A DNA stretch of 64,000 nucleotides from positions 19,090-83,089 of the forward strand of contig JAFVEA010000001.1 in NCBI GenBank assembly GCA_017478185.1. Reading direction: 5' to 3'. Positions 1-8,950 of this stretch are shown piece by piece. A program made the translations under genes and the position numbers. The first letter of the stretch is position 1. The number at the start of each line of letters is the position of its first letter. The notes below the pieces were generated by a model that saw nothing but the letters and a program-made list of their open reading frames with translations, ran no database searches and was not told the origin of the DNA. Source of the stretch: Clostridia bacterium (lineage in GTDB: Bacteria; Bacillota; Clostridia; Christensenellales; UBA1242).

Positions 1-5
1 TATAT

Positions 6-58
6 GTCATTGCGAGGAGGTATCGCCTCCGTGGCAATCTCATTTGCGTGGCAATCTC
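6..58. repeat. Two adjacent units of a GC-rich clamp repeat, one with a central hairpin and one minimal
   Basis: GTCATTGCGAGG-AGGTATCGCCTCC-GTGGCAATCTC lies at 6-41 and CATTTGCG-TGGCAATCTC at 41-58. These are the reverse-complement orientation of the units at 8504-8531 and 8643-8680. Confidence 0.8.
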
Positions 59-105
59 TTTTTGGCTTAGTTTTTGCATAAAAGGCCTCCAAAATGTCCA
101 AAATA

Positions 106-167
106 TTGACAAAATCCGCAAAAAGTGGTATAATAAAGTTGACAGAAAGGTGGGGCAATGATAAAAT
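106..167 (+). promoter_or_regulatory. Two tandem sigma-A-type promoters upstream of ORF 205
   Basis: TTGACA(106-111)-17 bp-TATAAT(129-134), and TTGACA(139-144)-17 bp-TAAAAT(162-167). Confidence 0.55.
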
Positions 168-204
168 AAAAACAAGTATAAATAAAAAAAGTGAGGTTAA
201 ATAA

Positions 205-1794
205 ATGGCAGGAAATGAAGAGAAAAAAATAAAAGAATTTGAAATTACAAGATATGAAAACAATCAAAAGATAATTTTTAAAGATATGCGAATATACAAT
301 GCATATTTATTAATAAATGATTGGGATAAATTTGTAAAAATTTTTGGTGAGGGCAAAACATCTGAAAATGGTATAGTTTATGACTTTGGGCCAATTCCAT
401 CTAATAAAAAAGAAAGGAAAGAATGGGAGAAAAACTATAATGCAACTATGAAAAAATATAAAGATGAATTTGTTAAGCCAGCAACAGCTATTTTAAAGAA
501 AGAACGAAGATTTAATTTTGGAATGGGGGCAATGTCTGCTTTGGGTATTGCAGGAATTGTTGCAGGCTCAATTCTCACAGGTGGTGCTTTAACAATTCCT
601 TTACTTGCTGTTGGTGCTGGTTTAACAGCTGGTGGAGCCACAGGTTTAGGCCTAAACTGGAAAGCAATTTTAGGAAGAGATCCAGAAGTTAGAAGAGCAA
701 GAGATATCAGATATTTTACAAATAAAGAAAAAGAAGAAAGAAGATGTATAGAAAAAATTAATAAACGTTTGGCAGAGAAGGGATGGACATTGGGTTCGAA
801 AGAGTGTGAAAACGATAACCAAATTCAAACACAACTGGAAAAATTGGGAAAAATACAATCGAAAGAATTAGAACATATCGAAAAAGTTACAGGAAAGCTT
901 AAAAAAGAATACGAGCGACAACAGGGGCATGCTGGTGACATAACAAGAAATGGCGTGAGGGGGAAACTTGATAAAGTTCGCCAAGCTTTTGCTAGATTTG
1001 CTGATAACTGGTTGGAGAATGATAAATGGATTAATGCGGGTCAGGCTAGAATTGATGCTGCTAGGGAAAATATTGCCGTTCTACAAGGTGATTATGAGCA
1101 AATTTTAAGGCGTAGAGAAAGTCTAGGGCTTGAGGAAGATGTAGATGACAAAATAAAAAAATATAAGGAAGCTAATGAATCATTTGATGCAGATAAACAA
1201 GAAACAGAGATGAAAGCTTTTAATGAAGAGCAAGAACAACAAAAAGCAGTAGAAAAGGCAAAACAAGAACAAGCGGAAATCAAAAAGCTTGCAAAAGCTA
1301 AGGAAAATTTTGAAATGTTCTCAGACATCTACTCTGTTGACATCGATATCGATATCAATAAAGTTAACAATTATGAAGGATTGATAAGGAAAATACCTAA
1401 AGAATATCGAAACGCTTTTAAGGACTTTAATGAAACGGCAGGAAAATTAAATAAGAATGAACTAGAAAAATTTAAAGAGAGTGAGAAATTAAGAAAAAGA
1501 TCTTCTGATATAAAAGCTGAACTAGATGGTGCCACTGACGAAGCTGAAAAGAACAAAATATATGAAAGGGAATATCGTAATCTTCTTGGAAAGTATTATA
1601 TAAAAAATAATAACATAAAGAATGAGACAGAATTAGAAAATCACAAGGCTGCGTTTGATAAACTATGTAAAGAACATAAAACAGAAGCTAAAAAAATTGT
1701 GAACGCAGCTATTAAGCATGGTTTAAATGGTGATGAGAAAAAAATGATGGACGCTGTTAGAGATAATGTATCTCTAGCTTTTGGTGGTAAATAA
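205..1794 (+). CDS. Hypothetical protein with a glycine-zipper membrane hairpin and a long coiled-coil region
   Basis: 529-aa ORF with a GTGAGG SD-like motif upstream. A Gly/Ala-rich hydrophobic segment (GMGAMSALGIAGIVAGSILTGGALTIPLLAVGAGLTAGGATGLG) is followed by about 380 aa of K/E/Q-rich heptad-like sequence. I recognise no family. Confidence 0.6.
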   Translation: MAGNEEKKIKEFEITRYENNQKIIFKDMRIYNAYLLINDWDKFVKIFGEGKTSENGIVYDFGPIPSNKKERKEWEKNYNATMKKYKDEFVKPATAILKKERRFNFGMGAMSALGIAGIVAGSILTGGALTIPLLAVGAGLTAGGATGLGLNWKAILGRDPEVRRARDIRYFTNKEKEERRCIEKINKRLAEKGWTLGSKECENDNQIQTQLEKLGKIQSKELEHIEKVTGKLKKEYERQQGHAGDITRNGVRGKLDKVRQAFARFADNWLENDKWINAGQARIDAARENIAVLQGDYEQILRRRESLGLEEDVDDKIKKYKEANESFDADKQETEMKAFNEEQEQQKAVEKAKQEQAEIKKLAKAKENFEMFSDIYSVDIDIDINKVNNYEGLIRKIPKEYRNAFKDFNETAGKLNKNELEKFKESEKLRKRSSDIKAELDGATDEAEKNKIYEREYRNLLGKYYIKNNNIKNETELENHKAAFDKLCKEHKTEAKKIVNAAIKHGLNGDEKKMMDAVRDNVSLAFGGK

Positions 1795-1806
1795 TTCGTC
1801 ATCCAA

Positions 1807-1836
1807 CAAAAAAGGAACATCGTTCCTTTTTTGTTT
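1807..1836 (+). terminator. Rho-independent terminator
   Basis: GGAAC-ATC-GTTCC stem flanked by an A-run and a T-run. Confidence 0.7.
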
Positions 1837-1874
1837 TAGAAAAAATTCATTTAAATATTTTTAAAAAAACATAT

Positions 1875-1910
1875 GAGATTGCCATACAAGGATAAACCTT
1901 GCTTGCAAAC
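1875..1910. repeat. Degenerate copy of the clamp repeat
   Basis: GAGATTGCCATACAAGGATAAACCTTGCTTGCAAAC aligns with GAGATTGCCACGCAAGGTGAAACCTTGCTCGCAATGAC at 8643-8680. Confidence 0.7.
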
Positions 1911-2038
1911 ACAAAAAAGCGTGTTATTTTGCTTAAAACAAAAGTTATTTTTAAAAAAGCTAAAAAATGTTTAGATTATTTCTAAAATTTTTTATTTTTT
2001 TGCTTGAAATAAAAGTGATTTATGATATAATAAATAAT

Positions 2039-4501
2039 ATGAGAAAGGAACCAGCGCATTATAACAGAAAAAAAGGGAAAGTGCCCGAGCGAATAGAAAC
2101 AAACATAAAAACTGGCTTAACTGCTGGTGATGTTTTAGAACGCAGACAAATGGGATATGACAACCCCGAAAGCAATAAAAAAAGCACCAGTGTTTGGGGA
2201 ATTATTTTTTCCGAGCTTTTCACTTATTTTAATATGATTTTCTTTGTTATTGCAATCATTATGATTTCAATTGGGGCATACACTCAACTAACATTTATGG
2301 TGGTTGTTTTGGCAAACCTTTTGATTGGAATAATTCAAAGGTTAAAGTCCAAAAAAGTGGTTGACAAACTCTCGCTTGTGGCGGCATCAAAAACAATGGT
2401 TATAAGGGACGGAAAACAGCAAGAAATTTACACAACAGACATTGTTTTGGATGATATAGTAATATTAAAAAACGGGCAACAAATTGCTTGTGACGGAATT
2501 GTTAAAAAAGGCGAGTTAAGGGTGAATGAGTCGCTGTTAACTGGCGAAAGCGTTCCTGTTGTTAAAAAGGTGGGCGACACAGTTTTGTCTGGCTCATTTG
2601 TTGTGAATGGTGAAGCCTTTGTTAGGGCAGACAAAGTTGGGCAAGACACATTTGTGTTAAAGCTCACAAGCCAAGCAAAGAAATATAAAAAGCCAAATTC
2701 AATTATTTTAAACACGCTAAACTCAATCATAAAAGTTATTGGAATCATAATAATTCCTATTGCCTTTTTGCTGTTTTCACGAACATATGGAGGTCCTGCA
2801 TCGCTTTATCAAACGCTAACAAAAACAGCAGGGGCAATTTTGGGAATGATTCCGTCTGGGCTGTTTTTGCTGACATCAACGGCGCTGGTTGTTAGCGTTA
2901 TAAGGCTTGCCAAACAAAAAATATTGGTTCAAGAGTTATATTGCATTGAAATGCTTGCGCGTGTTAATATGGTTTGTATGGACAAAACGGGAACCATAAC
3001 AGACGGCAGTATGAAGCTAAAAGATTTGGTTATATTAAGAGATAGAATTTCAAAAAAAGACTTAGAGAGCATCATAAAAAGTATGCTTTATCACCTAGAC
3101 GGTGACAATGACACTTCTCTTGCCTTAAAGAAATTTTTTCCACCAGAAGAAGTTTATAAGCAAAAATCACACTTTAATTTTTCAAGTGAAACAAAATTTT
3201 CTTGTGTTAACCTAGAAAAAATCGGGGCTTGTTTTATGGGGGCTCCAGAAATGCTTTTAGACAAGCAAAAAGACATTGAAGTTTTAAAAGAAGTTCAAAA
3301 ATATGCCTCATTTGGTTATCGCGTTATGGTTGTTTGCAACAGAAAGATTGATTATAACGGCAAGGGCAAAGCAGAAAATGTCACCCCTTATGGGTTAATA
3401 CTTTTGGAAGACAATGTTAGAGAAGATGCCATTCAAACCATAAAATTCTTTAACGAAAACAGTGTTGGCGTTAAAGTTATTTCAGGAGATAACCCCATAA
3501 CTGTTGCCGAAGTTGCCAGCCGTGCAGGAATCCCGGGGGCAGATAAGTATATAAGTTTAGAGGGGCTAACAGACGAAGAAGTTGTTAAGGTTGCCAGTGA
3601 ATACACAATTTTTGGAAGAGTTGTGCCACATCAAAAAAAGCTTTTAATTCAGGCATTAAAACTTGGTGGCGACACTGTTGCAATGATTGGTGATGGAGTT
3701 AATGACATCTTGGCATTAAAAGAAGCTGATTGTTCAATTGCAATTGGTGGTGGAGCAGATGCAGCTAGGCGTGTTTCACAAATTGTTTTAACAGACAGCA
3801 ATTTTTGCTCAATGCAAAATGTTGTTGCAGAGGGCAGAAGGGTTACAAACAACATAAGAGTTTCGGCACCGCTATTTTTAACAAAAACAATGTTTTCAGT
3901 TGTGTTTTCAATCTTTTGCATATTGTTTGCGTTTGTTTATCCGTTCAGTCCGGTTCAACTGATTTTAATGGAATATTTTGCCATAGGTTTATCAAGTTTT
4001 GCCTTAGCGCTTCAGCCAAACAAAGATTTAATCAAAAAAGGCTTTTTGCGTAATATTTTGCTAAAATCGTTTATAGGTGCGTTTGTTGACCTTAGCATTG
4101 CAATCTTTTTATACACAACAAGGGCATTAACGCACTTAAGCTTGGTGGAAGTTCAATCAATTATGATTGTGTGCATAACAGTTAACTCGCTTATTGTTAT
4201 TGCTCGTGTGTCTTGGCCATTTAATTTGTATAGAGCAACGTTATTGACAATTGTAACTATGCTGGTTGTTTCAGGTATGCTGTTCTTATCAAACATCTAT
4301 GGCTTAGCAGTTTTGGAAGGAACGCCATTTTATAACTTACTTCAAATTGACCAGTTGTCTTCTAGGGGTTATGCTTATATGTATGGCTGTTTGGGAGCTA
4401 TTCCAATTTTGCTTTTGGTGGCCTTGGGCTTGGAGCAACTTATAAATCACATCATAAACAAGAGGCGAAGAAAAATCGCTTTAAGAGATTATTTGCAATA
4501 A
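2039..4501 (+). CDS. Cation-transporting P-type ATPase (E1-E2, P2-like)
   Basis: Motifs TGES (LTGESVPV), DKTGTIT phosphorylation site and GDGVNDILALKEAD hinge, with multiple TM segments. I chose the ATG at 2039 (MRKEPAHY); the upstream extension from 1967 is low-complexity. Confidence 0.9.
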   Translation: MRKEPAHYNRKKGKVPERIETNIKTGLTAGDVLERRQMGYDNPESNKKSTSVWGIIFSELFTYFNMIFFVIAIIMISIGAYTQLTFMVVVLANLLIGIIQRLKSKKVVDKLSLVAASKTMVIRDGKQQEIYTTDIVLDDIVILKNGQQIACDGIVKKGELRVNESLLTGESVPVVKKVGDTVLSGSFVVNGEAFVRADKVGQDTFVLKLTSQAKKYKKPNSIILNTLNSIIKVIGIIIIPIAFLLFSRTYGGPASLYQTLTKTAGAILGMIPSGLFLLTSTALVVSVIRLAKQKILVQELYCIEMLARVNMVCMDKTGTITDGSMKLKDLVILRDRISKKDLESIIKSMLYHLDGDNDTSLALKKFFPPEEVYKQKSHFNFSSETKFSCVNLEKIGACFMGAPEMLLDKQKDIEVLKEVQKYASFGYRVMVVCNRKIDYNGKGKAENVTPYGLILLEDNVREDAIQTIKFFNENSVGVKVISGDNPITVAEVASRAGIPGADKYISLEGLTDEEVVKVASEYTIFGRVVPHQKKLLIQALKLGGDTVAMIGDGVNDILALKEADCSIAIGGGADAARRVSQIVLTDSNFCSMQNVVAEGRRVTNNIRVSAPLFLTKTMFSVVFSIFCILFAFVYPFSPVQLILMEYFAIGLSSFALALQPNKDLIKKGFLRNILLKSFIGAFVDLSIAIFLYTTRALTHLSLVEVQSIMIVCITVNSLIVIARVSWPFNLYRATLLTIVTMLVVSGMLFLSNIYGLAVLEGTPFYNLLQIDQLSSRGYAYMYGCLGAIPILLLVALGLEQLINHIINKRRRKIALRDYLQ

Positions 4502-4560
4502 AAAATTTAAAATTTTACTTTATATTTTTTAAATCTTATTTATTATTTTAAAACAAACAT

Positions 4561-4590
4561 AAAAAGAACACTATTTTTTAGTGTTCTTTT
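4561..4590. terminator. Bidirectional rho-independent terminator
   Basis: AAGAACACT / AGTGTTCTT stem with A and T runs on both sides, between convergent genes. Confidence 0.7.
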
Positions 4591-4633
4591 ACTTTGTAAG
4601 TTTTAAACTAATTTAGCTGTGGTAGGAGATTTT

Positions 4634-5395
4634 TTATATTTTAGGCAAAAAGTTTTCAAAAATAATATTGTCTGCATATTTAACAACTTGCAAATATTCT
4701 TCTTGTGACCTAACAGTCCAAGCTAGGATTGGCAAGTTTTTATATTTTTTAACAAATCTGTTTGGCAAGTTGTTGTGATGATAACCAATAAAGTCTGGTT
4801 TAATTTTTTTGTTTAACACCATTCTTTTTAAAAGAGCTCTAACAATAGGTGATTTAACATAGGCTTTTCCCTCATCATCATTGCTATAAAAACTAGAAAA
4901 AATTCCTCTAACAAATTCAGGTTTATTGTTTTTAAACCACAACACAACATATGGGTTAGAAGATGCCACTGCAAATTCGCCTTTATAGCCCTCAAGTTCT
5001 TCACACAATTTTTTTTCTAACTTTCCAACATTTTTAACGCTTAAATCTTTTATATCAATTAAAATTGGAACTTTGCCGTCAATAAATTTTAAAGCTTCTT
5101 TAAAAGTTGGAATGCCAAATTTGCTTTTTCTAATTTTTAATGGCTTTATTTCTTCGTAGGTCATTTTTGATAAATAAGCATCTTTTCCTGTGGCTTCTGA
5201 AATTGCTGAATCATGAAAAACAACAAGAGTGCCATCAAAAAGCATTTGAACATCAAATTCAATAGCATAATTATGTTTTATAGCTTCACCAAAAGCCCCC
5301 AAAGTGTTTTCAGGGAACTCACTGTTATGCAGTCCTTTATGTGCGATAAATTGATTAACCAAAAAGCTGTCTTTTATATTATCTCTTAAATTCAT
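4634..5395 (-). CDS. Glycerophosphodiester phosphodiesterase family protein
   Basis: GDPD signature AHKGL..ENTLGAF..A...G...IEFDVQ...DG.LVVFHD. Start is MNLRDN at 5395, preceded by GAGGT. Confidence 0.8.
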   Translation of the reverse strand: MNLRDNIKDSFLVNQFIAHKGLHNSEFPENTLGAFGEAIKHNYAIEFDVQMLFDGTLVVFHDSAISEATGKDAYLSKMTYEEIKPLKIRKSKFGIPTFKEALKFIDGKVPILIDIKDLSVKNVGKLEKKLCEELEGYKGEFAVASSNPYVVLWFKNNKPEFVRGIFSSFYSNDDEGKAYVKSPIVRALLKRMVLNKKIKPDFIGYHHNNLPNRFVKKYKNLPILAWTVRSQEEYLQVVKYADNIIFENFLPKI

Positions 5396-5539
5396 ATTAA
5401 CCTCAAATTTTATATACATAACTATATCATTAAATTTTTAAAAAAACTACTAATTTTTTCATATTTTTTCAACAATAACAAATTTTCTTGCAAGTTTTTC
5501 ATATTTCTGTTATACTAAAAGCATATTTTAGGGGGAATT

Positions 5540-7342
5540 ATGGCACAAAGACAACAATTTATAAGAAACTTTTGCATCGTTGCACACATAGACCACGGAA
5601 AGAGCACATTAGCTGATAGATTGATAGAAAAAACTGGAACGTTAGCCAAAAGAGATATGAGCGAACAACTTTTGGATAGTATGGATTTAGAAAAAGAGAG
5701 GGGCATAACAATAAAACTTGCTCCAACAAGAATGAAATACACAAAAGATGGACAAGAATATATTTTAAATTTGATAGACACCCCAGGGCATGTGGATTTT
5801 ACGTATGAAGTTAGCCGTTCACTCGCAGCTTGCGAAGGGGCAATTTTAATTGTTGACGCAGGGCAAGGGGTGGAAGCGCAAACACTTGCAAACGCTTATT
5901 TAGCTCTTGACAACAATCTTGAAATTTTGCCTGTCATAAACAAAATAGATTTGCCAAGCGCTGATGTTTTGAAGGCAAAACAAGAAATAGAAGATGTTAT
6001 TGGAATTCCAGCAATGCACGCTCCAGCAATTTCAGCAAAAGAAGGAATAAATATTGATAAGGTTTTGGATGGCATAATTGACGAATTTCCAAGTCCAAAA
6101 GGAGATGAAAATGCTCCATTAAAATGTTTGATTTTTGACAGTTATTATGACAACTTCAAAGGTGCTGTTTGTATGATAAGAGTGTTTGACGGAAGTGTTA
6201 AGGCTGGAGATAAAATAAGATTTATGCACACTCAAAAAGATTTTGAAGTAACCGAAGTTGGTTATTTTACGCCAAACACGCAAAAAGCCGATGTTTTGCT
6301 TGCGGGAGAAGTGGGCTATCTTTGTGCCAGCATAAAAAAGGTGGCAGACACTCAAGTTGGTGACACCATAACAAGCGCCACTAATCCAACAAAAAAGGCC
6401 TTGGCGGGATATAAAAAAGTTCAACCAGTTGTTTTTAGTGGAATTTTCCCTGCAGACGGAAGCAAGTTTAACGAACTTAAAGATGCCTTAGAAAAGTTAA
6501 AGCTAAATGATAGTTCACTAGATTACACATCAGAAAACTCAACAGCGTTAGGTTTTGGATTTAGATGCGGATTTTTAGGGCTTCTTCACATGGAAGTTAT
6601 TCAAGAAAGGCTAGAGAGAGAATATGGATTAGACATCATAACAACAGCCCCTGGGGTTAATTATCATGTTTATAAAACTGATGGAACAATGCTTGATATT
6701 TCAAACCCAAGCAATTTGCCCGACCCAAGCAATATTTCAAAGATTGAAGAGCCTTATGTTTTAATGCATATTTTCACACCACCAGAATATATGGGTTCAG
6801 TTATGGAGCTTTGCCAACTTAGGCGCGGAGAAAGCGTTGATGTTCAGTATATTGATGACAAGCGAGTAAAACTTGTTTATAACATTCCACTAAACGAAAT
6901 AATTTATGACTTTTTTGACAACTTAAAATCACGCACAAAAGGATATGCCAGCCTTGATTATGAAATAAGCGATTATAGGCCAAGTGACCTCGTAAAGCTA
7001 GACATTTTGCTTAAAGGCGAAGTTTGCGATGCCTTAAGCTTAATTGTTTTTAAAGGTCGCGCCCAAGAAAGGGGAAGGCAGATTGCAGAAAAACTTAAAG
7101 AAGCAATTCCAAGGCAACAATTTGAAGTTCCAATTCAGGCAGCAATTGGTGGAAAGGTTATAGCAAGAGAAACTGTAAAAGCTGTTCGAAAAGATGTTTT
7201 GGCAAAATGTTATGGTGGAGATATCACCAGAAAGCGTAAACTTTTAGAAAAGCAAAAAGAGGGTAAAAAGCGTATGAGAACATTAGGCTCAGTTGAAGTC
7301 CCTTCTGAAGCATTTATAAATATTTTAAAAATAGATAATTAA
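5540..7342 (+). CDS. lepA: Translation elongation factor 4 (LepA)
   Basis: [28 protein letters not shown] and NKIDL GTPase motifs, with the LepA-type C-terminus. Confidence 0.97.
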   Translation: MAQRQQFIRNFCIVAHIDHGKSTLADRLIEKTGTLAKRDMSEQLLDSMDLEKERGITIKLAPTRMKYTKDGQEYILNLIDTPGHVDFTYEVSRSLAACEGAILIVDAGQGVEAQTLANAYLALDNNLEILPVINKIDLPSADVLKAKQEIEDVIGIPAMHAPAISAKEGINIDKVLDGIIDEFPSPKGDENAPLKCLIFDSYYDNFKGAVCMIRVFDGSVKAGDKIRFMHTQKDFEVTEVGYFTPNTQKADVLLAGEVGYLCASIKKVADTQVGDTITSATNPTKKALAGYKKVQPVVFSGIFPADGSKFNELKDALEKLKLNDSSLDYTSENSTALGFGFRCGFLGLLHMEVIQERLEREYGLDIITTAPGVNYHVYKTDGTMLDISNPSNLPDPSNISKIEEPYVLMHIFTPPEYMGSVMELCQLRRGESVDVQYIDDKRVKLVYNIPLNEIIYDFFDNLKSRTKGYASLDYEISDYRPSDLVKLDILLKGEVCDALSLIVFKGRAQERGRQIAEKLKEAIPRQQFEVPIQAAIGGKVIARETVKAVRKDVLAKCYGGDITRKRKLLEKQKEGKKRMRTLGSVEVPSEAFINILKIDN

Positions 7343-7351
7343 AGGCTTTAT

Positions 7352-8470
7352 ATGAAAAAAAATATTTCACTTTATATCCACATTCCTTTTTGCAAAAGCA
7401 AGTGTCTATACTGCGGTTTTTGCTCTTTTTGCGATAAAGGGGAGTATGTTTTAAAATATATACAAAAAGTTAAACAAGAATTAGCTTTATATGAAAAAAT
7501 TTTAAAAGATAGAACAATTCAAACCATATATATTGGGGGCGGAACACCCTCAATTGTTGATGCTTTTCTTATTAAAGATATGCTAAGTTTTATCTATGAT
7601 AATTTTAATGTGGAAAAAAACGCTGAAATTAGCATTGAAGCCAACCCCGACAGCATAACTCAAGAAAAGGCAATTATGTGGAAAGAATCAAAAATAAATA
7701 GGGTTAGCGTGGGGCTTCAAAGCAATAAAAATGAAACATTAAAATTTTTGAAAAGGCCTCACACATTTGATGATTATTTAAAAGCAATAAAAAGTTTAAA
7801 ACAAGCTGGGTTTAAAAACATCAACACAGACATTTTGTTAGGGCTTTTAAATCAAACGGAAGATGACATAAAAAGTTTAATAAAAATTTTAGCAGAGCTA
7901 AATTTAACTCATATATCAGCTTATGGACTTATGGTTGAAGAGGGAACAGCTCTTTTTGATTTTGTGAAATCAAAAAAGATAATTTTGCCTAGTGAAGAGA
8001 TTTCTGTAAATTTATATAACACAGCCAGCAAAGAATTAAAAAAATATGGCTATAATAGGTATGAAATAAGCAATTTTTCAAAGCCTAATTTTGAATGCAA
8101 ACATAACCTAAATTATTGGCAAAGAGGAGAGTTTTTGGGGGTGGGGTTATCTTCTTATTCTTTTCTTTTGGGTGAGCATTTTGAAAACACACACAATTTT
8201 TTTGAATATTTAAATAGTGGATTTAAAAGACTAAACATCGAAAAAGAAACCCCAAAAACAGCGATGGAAGAGGTTATTATGCTTTCATTAAGGCTTGAAA
8301 GTGGGCTGGATATAATCGCTTTTAACAAAATGTTTAATGTTAACTTCTTAGAAAAATTTGACACACAAATAAAAAAATTATTATCAAACAATTTAATAGA
8401 AATTAAAGATAATCACCTAAAAATTGTTGATTTTGAAGTTTCAAATATGATTATTTCTGAGTTTTTTTAG
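7352..8470 (+). CDS. hemW: Radical SAM heme chaperone HemW (HemN-like, oxygen-independent coproporphyrinogen oxidase family)
   Basis: CKSKCLYCGFC CX3CX2C cluster near the N-terminus. Immediately follows lepA, the usual position. Confidence 0.85.
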   Translation: MKKNISLYIHIPFCKSKCLYCGFCSFCDKGEYVLKYIQKVKQELALYEKILKDRTIQTIYIGGGTPSIVDAFLIKDMLSFIYDNFNVEKNAEISIEANPDSITQEKAIMWKESKINRVSVGLQSNKNETLKFLKRPHTFDDYLKAIKSLKQAGFKNINTDILLGLLNQTEDDIKSLIKILAELNLTHISAYGLMVEEGTALFDFVKSKKIILPSEEISVNLYNTASKELKKYGYNRYEISNFSKPNFECKHNLNYWQRGEFLGVGLSSYSFLLGEHFENTHNFFEYLNSGFKRLNIEKETPKTAMEEVIMLSLRLESGLDIIAFNKMFNVNFLEKFDTQIKKLLSNNLIEIKDNHLKIVDFEVSNMIISEFF

Positions 8471-8503
8471 TGGAGTTATAAATTGTATGAAGAAAATAAA
8501 ATA

Positions 8504-8884
8504 GAGATTGCCACGCTTCGCTCGCAATGGCAGGTGGTGATGTGTCATTCTGAGCGTAGTGCCAGAGGCACGAAGTGTGAGAATCTCTTGTTCGCAATGC
8601 CTTGAGGCGAAAGCCGAAAGCTTGGCGCAGTGTCAAGCAGTTGAGATTGCCACGCAAGGTGAAACCTTGCTCGCAATGACAGGAATAAAAGCGCCAAACA
8701 TAAGAAGTATCATTCTGGGGCAGTGTCAGCTGACGTGAGAATTTCATATTGCTTTTGTTAAAAGTGTAACATTGCCAGATTGGCGCTTTAAAAAGCAGTT
8801 CAAAGCAGGCAGCGCAGCACCAAACTTTCGGCTATCGCCTCAAGGCATTCTTAAGAAGGCAAGAATTACTGGCGCTAGAATCTC
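8504..8884. repeat. GC-rich island of clamp repeats with long-range inverted repeats
   Basis: Type A units lie at 8504-8531 and 8643-8680. Type B units lie at 8544-8587 and 8709-8745, with a degenerate one at 8844-8884. A 30-nt inverted repeat pairs 8596-8625 with 8820-8849 (28/30). A 9-nt pair links 8689-8697 and 8780-8788. Hand count over 8521-8880 is 171/360 G+C. Confidence 0.85.
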
Positions 8885-8921
8885 AAAAAAACTTTTATCT
8901 AAAAATTTATAGAGCAAAAAC

Positions 8922-8948
8922 AAAAAGCATACAAATTGTATGCTTTTT
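8922..8948. terminator. Bidirectional rho-independent terminator
   Basis: AGCATACA-AAT-TGTATGCT stem flanked by A and T runs. This is the first terminator after the hemW stop, and it sits directly after the stop of the minus-strand gene at 8951. Confidence 0.75.
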
Positions 8949-8950
8949 AA

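Noticed and set aside
1967-2038. N-terminal extension of the P-type ATPase (MFRLFLKFFIFLLEIKVIYDIINN)
   Set aside because: It is a translation of the AT-rich promoter region and has no SD. Homology-like sequence (cation ATPase N-terminal domain) begins after the ATG at 2039.
8451-8747. 98-aa minus-strand ORF (..CHCEQGFTLRGNL..HYAQNDTS..AIASEAWQSL..)
   Set aside because: It is a read-through translation of the GC-rich clamp repeats; the peptide motifs correspond one-to-one with repeat units. It has no SD and starts inside the hemW 3' end. This is a repeat artefact, not a gene.
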